Assembly (NCBI GenBank): GCA_021613535.1
Contig: CP075494.1
Span: 10,416,001 to 10,480,000, forward strand
DNA from: Adineta vaga
Taxonomy: Eukaryota > Animalia > Rotifera
Direction of reading: 5' to 3'
DNA length: 64,000 nucleotides
Shown: positions 52,213 to 64,000 of the stretch, in pieces
Position numbering within the stretch: position 1 is the stretch's first letter
Layout: every line of letters starts with the position of its first letter
The notes under the pieces: generated by a model
Database searches by the model: none
The model's input: only the letters and a program-made list of their open reading frames with translations
Told to the model about the DNA's origin: nothing
Translations under genes and position numbers: made by a program

Positions 52213-53205
52213 GATTGAATGTAATGTTTCGTTCTTGAAGATAGATATTTATCTCGAAAGAAAATGGATAACAATCGTGTGAGAAAAGCTAACACACTTC
52301 ATAAAAGTGAATAACAACTTGTAGTTTGTTTATGTTATTTCTCACTTACTTATCCAATCTAGAAAGAAAAAAAAGTCTTAATAAACACTCGATGCGATGC
52401 CGAATGATTCGTCAAGAAGAAGAAGAAAAGCGACTGATTACCAATGAAATTTAGGCAAAATGTTAATGATGGGTGAAATGAAGAAGATGGAATTTTTAAC
52501 AGACAAATGTAAATGAAGAATGAATTTTCTCAGCAATAACATTGATCGAAGTGCTAATTATCTCAATGATAGATATGATTAGGAAGAAGAGAACAGATAT
52601 CGGGCATGTTAATTGATGATGTAATCAAAGAATGTGCACGATATGAAATTAGAAAATCGACATCTTACCGCATGATAGTCGATGTTTAAGAATTTCCCGC
52701 TGAGAGAAACTGTAAACGTGCTATTAGATACAGATGTGAAGAAATCATTTCGATGGCAGGATCGTCACGTGATAATTGTTCATTTAAAGAAGAGCATTGG
52801 AACTAAATGATTGAGTTGATTATCTCTTATTGACTTTAGCAAATGTGATAACGTTTTATTTTATTTTTTTTCTTGACTAATTTTATCATCTTTATGTTAT
52901 TTTTCTAAATTTTTTTGTTCTCATGTGAGAATGAACCGAAAAAAAATGTGTGCCCACAAGATCTGAATGTATAGACCGGATATGATACAGAACGTACGCG
53001 AGGAAAAAATATGAAAGAAGAAGAAAACGAGAAAGGTCATCATTTGAATAGAACTGTATGAGTCGAACATAAACAGAATGTTATGATTCGCGTGCTTAAC
53101 AAATATAGAATCTCACGACAGATATTTAAAAAGAAAAATGAAGCAGAACATGCAAACACACACAACAAAAGATAATTTAGTCTGAAACTTTTTATGGATT
53201 TGGTA

Positions 53206-57112
<3,907 letters not shown>

Positions 57113-57226
57113 ATTAATTAAATTGATATGAAAGTATGTGGAATGAAGAAAATAGAAAATAACAATGCAAGATTAATCTAAAAATGTGGTTAAAGTATAG
57201 TAAAAAGAAGAATAAAGGAAAATAGC

Positions 57227-57234
57227 TATTTATA
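57227..57234 (-). promoter_or_regulatory. TATA box of HSP110
   Basis: TATAAATA on the minus strand, about 115 bp upstream of the ATG and downstream of the HSE. Confidence 0.65.
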
Positions 57235-57308
57235 AAGAACATAAGAATGTGCTAGCGACACGTTCGGAAGAGAAAAGACACTAAAGGAGAGAGAATAGGG
57301 AGTAAAGA

Positions 57309-57333
57309 AGAACTTTCTCGACCATTCGAGAAC
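57309..57333. promoter_or_regulatory. Promoter heat-shock element of HSP110
   Basis: aGAActTTCtcGACcaTTCgaGAAc: five alternating nGAAn units, about 200 bp upstream of the ATG. Confidence 0.85.
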
Positions 57334-59172
57334 AAGCTAGTATATTTGTTCTGTAGACAATGGTATTATATGGATCATATTGCATCACAGGTTGGAATTT
57401 TCATAGGAAGAGTGTGACCTCTAGTGATGCAAATTTCTTTTCAATTTCAATAATATTCACTGAAAAACCTCATGATTGAGATCAGACTTCTCAAGACATT
57501 GAAATTCGAATATAAAGAAAAGTAATATTGAGTACTATCGAACTTATATCTGTTCTTAATTCAAGCTGTCGCTAATTGATGACAATTTTAACTAACGTAT
57601 ATGAAATACAATATCTATAACTTATATAGACGGCTGATTGCATATGATGTGAACACAACTATTCAATAAACTATCCATAACAAATATTATATCTGTTAAC
57701 AATCGTTATTACAAAATAAGAATAGATAACATAGTTCTACGATTACTAACATTAATCTAATATAGATTCTTTCTTCTTGTACCAAAATATCTAACCATGT
57801 AATAAGATATATCTGTATATGAATAGAAGCTTTAGAAACATAACGATGATATTTGTATATTTGTTGATATACTATCGAGTGTATATGTTCTTCTTTGTAT
57901 GGACAAAAATATCAAATAAAAGTTTGTTTTCACTTCTCGTATAACTTCGTGAGTATGAAGTAACATATTTAACAGATCTTTATTAACAGTTCAAACTGAA
58001 ATTTCCTATTGAATTCGTTTGCTTTTATCGATCTCGCAAATCAACATTATTTTAAATGAGAAAACCGTATAGAAAAAAGTTCAACATTAAGCTAAAGGAT
58101 CAATCCGATACATTCATAACTAGTTTTTCGATAGGATCAGATATGCACAATGATCTTCTCAATGATAACAGCTCACCATAAATTAAATCTATTTGTAGAT
58201 AATTGAGATTTAGACAACGAAATACTCATCTTAGTATTCTTTTTAATCGTTGTGACATTAGTAAAAGAAATGGTAGAGATACAAAAGCTAAAACGATTTT
58301 ATAATATTCCATCGAATAAATGTATATTGTTTGTGTTCACAACTGCTTTTTTACTTAAAATGATCTTAAAAATGCTTTTTTTTAGAAGGATGAAGAGTAC
58401 CTATTTAAGATAAAGATTATTTTAAAAAATATTACCTTCTCGTCACTGTACTTTTGATCGCCTTGAGAATGTCGATGGATTTTTAGTGAATATCCCACTT
58501 GGCAAGAAGTGTTCTATGATCACCTGCAGTGTAATATAAAGTATACTTCAATCTCATCATGTTCGATTTATTTTATCCATTAACTCTTTTCAAATTTGGT
58601 TCAAAGAGCAAATAGAGGGAAAAGAATGAAAAGTAAATTCAAACATTCAAGTCAATCATAAAGAATATCCATCGGGCATTTTCATGATCAACTATGATAT
58701 AACGATTATTTCATTTGGCAATAAAGATTCAAGAGAAATCCTCACAAATTTGTTCATGTATAGATCAGAAAGAAATAATATAATTATCGCGTAGTTATCG
58801 AAGATTTACTTGTATATAGATACAACAATTCACTATCAACAAACAGACAAAAAAAAGAAAATAACACACAGACAAAAAAACTGAGAATACTGAATGGTGA
58901 CTTCTGCTAATATGTATATGTATATATATATAATAAAGAAAGAAACAAAAGTTGGTTTATTTTTCGTATTTTTTCAATTAAGCATAATACAAAATCAATA
59001 GACATCAAACTGTTGCGATGCAATTTATCATATCACAAAGATAAGTATTTATATGTATATATAAGTGAGAGAGAGAGAGAGTCAATTTACATTCTCATCT
59101 TATCTGACCCCCCGTTCGTTTATTGTTCCCTATCTTCTGACTAGATGTAATCGAAGATGAAATTTTCTAAAT

Positions 59173-59469
59173 TCAGATGATAGGCGGTGTTTGTGGAACA
59201 AGTTTGAACGAGACAGTATGACGTTTGTGATAGATTAAATAGCTAATCATTGCAATAACTAAAGAAAGAAATAGACATGATGCAATTATAGCAAATGGAA
59301 TCCATGAGAGAATTAAATAATTTGCAGATCCATAAGTTTTCACTTCTGTTTCCAAACGTTTCATATATGGAGTTGCAAAATCATTATCATTTTCTTCTGG
59401 CGTATCTAACAATGGTGTTGTTGATACAATTATCGGAATAGTTGTTGTTGTTTTAGTAACAATTGGGGG

Positions 59470-59500
<31 letters not shown>

Positions 59501-60888
59501 ATATTTGTTAGAAATACTTCTTCGATATCATCATAAATATTCGGTTCCATATGGATTCGAATAGTTGTTTGTTCTTCTTTCGAATCAGGATAAAATGGTG
59601 GATCTTGTTCATTAAAATCAATTAACGGCGGTGCAATTGATGGTGTAATTATAGCTGGTGTATTAACTTTAATTATTGGTGCATTTTCTTTTTGTTTTCG
59701 ATTAAAATATTCCGAAACAATAGAACATGAAGAAAATAAACATCGATCATTATGTATTGATTGACATTTCATTATTTGTTCACCATCATCAATCATATTA
59801 TTAAGAAATGCTAAGATACAATCACAATCAAGATTTTCATGTGGTAAATAAACAGTTAAACCTAACATTCGTCGACGATTAATAAAATCAGCGAGAGCAC
59901 AACTTGTATTGCCTTGTAGAGTAGAAAATTGTACATAGCGAACATCTAATTGTTGTAATGTTTGAAGAGAATTTAAACTTTGGGTATCTAACATTCGTAA
60001 ATATGAACCGAGAATTAATGTTTGAATATGTTTAATATGATTCAATGCACCGTCAGCAATACGTTCAGCATCGAATGAAACCGATCGTAAACTCAATAAA
60101 TTTTCTAAACCATTTAATAGTTTCGGGGTGATTGAAACATCTGGTTGAATTATATTCAGACCAGTTAACTGTGTGTAATTGATAAATGATCGAGCATCTA
60201 ATGTTCTCATTTTGTGTGCTTCAATTGTATAAGTTTGAACTGGAAAAGGTGGAAATTCTTCACTATTAAGTGCATCTATCATTCGAGTGATCTTCAATGA
60301 ACGAATATGACCTTTATAGGTTGATAAAAGATTGGCGTCATGTGTGACGACAGCTCCTTCAATATTTAAATGTGTTAGATTTGTATTATTAAATATTAAT
60401 TCAAATGGTGATCCAAGTGAATCGGCATAAACTGAAAGTTCATTGATTTCAAGATTTTCAAAAGAATTTCCATCGAAAGTAATTGATTTGGCTTTTAATG
60501 GTTGTAATTCAATGGTTAAACGTGAATAAGATGTAGTAATATTTCGAAAAAGATTTCTAAATGTTGCTCTTTTAGCATGAAATGAATAAAAATTTTGAAA
60601 TCGTAATGTAATTGATAATGTTTGTTGAGTTGTACTGGGTAGAAGTTGATTTAATAGAATAAAATAATCTGAATCGAGTTGAATATTTTCTTCACCATTA
60701 AATTTCAAATCAATTGATTGAAAATTTTCTTTTGATATTGGTGTTTTCAATGTTAATGGAGCCATTTTATTCATTGTACAACGTACATCAATTGTTTCAT
60801 AACATGTACATGTCATACCAACGAACACATCGCATGCTTGTGTTAATGATAATGATAATAGAATAAAATGAAAAAAGATAGTGAACAT
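59173..60888 (-). CDS. LRR single-pass membrane protein with mucin-like stalk (571 aa, intronless CDS)
   Basis: Signal peptide, LRRNT CDVFVGMTCTC, divergent LRRs, LRRCT (LDCDC), Thr/Pro-rich stalk, TM (WIPFAIIASCLFLSLVIAMISYLIY) and a tail of ~18 aa. Confidence 0.85.
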
Positions 60889-62696
60889 TCTAAGATCTAA
60901 AAATCATTATGAAATATGTCCTTGAAATCAACAAACGTAATTAGTATGATTTAAGTGTTCATCTTACAGTTATTATATCATCACATTCGAAAGGCAAAGT
61001 ATTCTAAAAGATAATTATATGAGTAGAGAAGAAGAGGAACTATGCAATAGATCACTTCACTAAAGCACAAAACGATACAATCGTCAATGTTACACATAGA
61101 GATGTTGTGTCATCTATTGGATGTTGTGTTGGGAGAATAGAAATGATTTATTTCTTTTCTCTCTCTCTCTCGTCTGTTGAATTCTCTTCTTTTTGTTCTT
61201 TTAGTACGGCTGTTTCATCCTTTTGTTTTATTCATTTTTTATTTTATATTTCGAAAAATTCAATAGAATGATGTTTGGCGTGAACACATGCGTATGTAAT
61301 CGGATGAATGCCACGCGAGTTCATTTTTTTTCTTATCATATATAGGTTAGGTCAAGGTCAAGGTGAACATTACTCACTTTATACAAGAATACAGATGTAT
61401 TGTTTTATATTCCAGAGTATATAATTTACCTGTAACATACTGTTCAAATGTGCGAAAAAAAGAGAGAGTGACATGTCCCGACCCTTATGCATTTCGGTAT
61501 TATTAATATATTCCGAATGTTCTCTTCATTTTTCTTCCTTTCTTTCTCTCTCTCTCTCTTCTTTCTCTCCCGCCCGTTCTCTTCGATTAGGACTAGATGT
61601 ATTGACAGGACATAGAGAGTGAAATGTCTGATCGATATGAATGATGATGATAAGTGTCTGAACTAAAAGTTATTCAAATAATAATAATAATAATAATCAT
61701 TCATCCATTTACTCATTCCAAAGGAATCATCATAAAACATACAACTTTAGTCATCTTATATGTATCATTCAGCATCTTCTCTCACCCGTGTACGGTTTCC
61801 GCCTAGTCAATAAGACGAAGACGACAATAGTAGTAATGATACGATGATGACGTAACAAACCAATACTCTGCAGCTGCTCTTAACTTCTTTCATTTTTTTG
61901 TTAAATGTTGATTTTGAACAAAGAAAAAAAACCTAGAAGAGGATTGTTTAACAAAAGAAACTCTACTCACTAACAGCAAAAGAAAATAATCAATTCTTCA
62001 TCAGAACGTGACATTTCCGTCTTGTTATCTATTTGATCAAATAAGAAGGAAGTTGTATTCATGCTGCTCAAGAATTTTCTTTCCTGACTGACTAACTAAC
62101 TAGATATGAACAGACCGAATGTACTCCAGCCGTTCCATGTCAATCAACGTATACATACATCTAAACTTACCTGATAATAATAATTGTGGACGTATCTGTT
62201 TTATTCAATGTGAAAATGTAATTATTCTGTTTCGATACTTCTCGTTTTTACGTTCAATCTCAAGGGTATGAAACAAACTGATGTGAACAGACAATAAACC
62301 TTTGCATTTTTAGCATGCCATGACTAATAAATATATGCGAAGAAGAAAAGAAAAAGAGAAGAGAGACTTACTTTCTTTTTTTTTCATATATATATATATC
62401 GTTTTGTGCGTGTGTACATATATATATATATGAACTATGAAAGTTTCCTACTACCACGCGATGATAACCTTCATCTTCTTTCGGTTTATTCATTAAAAGA
62501 AAAAAAAGGAGGCGTAAACCGAGACATCATCGAATGATCAAGGTACTTATATATATATATATTCTACTAATTTGTAAAAAAAGTTCGTTTGAAAAAATAT
62601 ATCTTAGTAATATTAAACCTGAATAAGATAGGAGAACATGTATATGTACATTGTTATTCCTACCACTTACTTTTTTTCAGGTAGTACTCATTCCAA

Positions 62697-62944
62697 ATGA
62701 ATACACTCGTTGACAAAATGACAACATTAATGGACAGGTTGATGCAATCAAAATGATTGAAGAGAATAAGTAGAGACGTCTAGGCCTAGCAGACAAGTAT
62801 AAATATGAAAAAAATGAAGAGGATACTCAATTTTAGCATGAATAAGCATATAAATACACAAGATTTACCATCGATGATTTCTTCTGATTATTCGAGCTAC
62901 TGGTCAGACTACCATCGTTTCCCATCTAATCAGACCTCCAAAGC
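62697..62944 (+). CDS. Putative first coding exons of a gene that may continue beyond the window
   Basis: Exon 62697-62737 (MNTLVDKMTTLMD) follows a strong acceptor at 62680 and splices in phase to 62837-~62944 (SMNKHINTQDLPSMISSDYSSYWSDYHRF). No domain seen. Confidence 0.35.
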
Positions 62945-64000
62945 GTGTGTGCATGCCGATCCCCTAATGAATATATATATATATGTACACTATTCATCTG
63001 CATATATCGATTCCATCGTTGAACAACAATCTCTGAAGTATGATGTAAACAAGCCCAAGAGAGAATGAAGAAGAAAAATCGAATAGATTTATTCTGATTT
63101 TATTCTTTCAAGTTAGTTATTCATATGTCACAAAGATTACAGTCTAAGAATTACGGTTCACTAAATACTTCCCTCTTTCTTACCAGCAAATATCGATTGA
63201 TCTAACAATATAATCTACATAATTGACTTTTTAGGGTATAGATATATATACGATTGCGTGTGTGCATAAAGAAATGAAAAAAAAGAGTGAGAGAGAGAGA
63301 GATAATATGCGTTGATTGATGGTCAACGAGAACATGTCTTGAGGATTAGACGAACATGTTCTATACTTCGTTTGTTATTTGACTAACGATGACGAGCATC
63401 ATTAAAATACAATTACACCGACTTGTCTTGATCTTTTTCTATATCTCTTTTCGAATCCATTCGATGATCATCATAGCATGCACAAAAAAAGAAAAGATCA
63501 AAGAAGTTCATTTGATCGTTTTCACAATTGTCAGAAATACTCATAAGATTTTCTTTTCCTACCACAACGTATGTCACGACATTTGAAAACATCGATTCAT
63601 GTTTGTATATTTTCTTCTTCTAACCTTCTCATTCTAATCATTTGATTGCAATATAAACAAAATATCGATCTATTTATCTAATCATGACAATGCATCATTT
63701 AATCTAATAGATATAGTTTAATCACTTAAAGGGTTCAAATCTCCTGATAACATAACTCATCGAGATTGATTTCTTACATCATAGACGATGAGTTCAATGT
63801 ATTCATGTTTTGTTCCGATGACATCGAATGAAGAACTCAGCATTCGAGATAAATATATTAGATCATCCATCTTAGATAGTAGACAAGCGTGAGAAGTATC
63901 GATGACAGCATAGTTTGCAACATGAATTTGTTTTCCTATTCAGCTCGTTTATCGTTCAAGCAATAAAATGGATATGCTCTTTCTTTTCTCGTTACTTAAA

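Noticed and set aside
57340-59100. Gene-free stretch considered as a decayed transposon
   Set aside because: No terminal repeats, target-site duplication or transposase/RT remnants could be seen.

Overview
AT-rich eukaryotic genomic DNA, gene-dense, with many short (about 50-60 nt) GT-AG introns. The gene content, especially intronless receiver-like/ADP-ribosyltransferase/TPR genes, points to a bdelloid rotifer (Adineta/Rotaria-like); this is an inference. About 21 genes were reconstructed by hand-splicing. In order: TNFAIP8/TIPE, an EF-hand protein, a decayed ART-TPR pseudogene, an orphan, a Barx homeobox, an Asx/ASXL-like PHD gene apparently lacking DEUBAD, an ANKS1-type PTB protein, an LRR single-pass receptor, a putative membrane microprotein, an intact ART-TPR gene, NALF/FAM155, STMP1 (missed by the ORF track), a disordered AT-hook protein with repeated H3K9-like A[V/T]KST motifs, USP31/43, PRMT5, an intronless 941-aa three-TM protein, MITF/TFE, an RGS3-type C2-PDZ protein lacking RGS, HSP110 (with promoter and intronic heat-shock elements), a second LRR receptor, and a partial gene near the right edge. 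No rRNA, tRNA, CRISPR array or recognisable transposon was seen. The best candidates for undescribed biology are the toxin-type ART sensor-effector genes (one live, one dead), the histone-mimic AT-hook protein, the truncated Asx, and the 941-aa receptor/channel-like protein. Exon boundaries were read by eye and may be off by a few bases.
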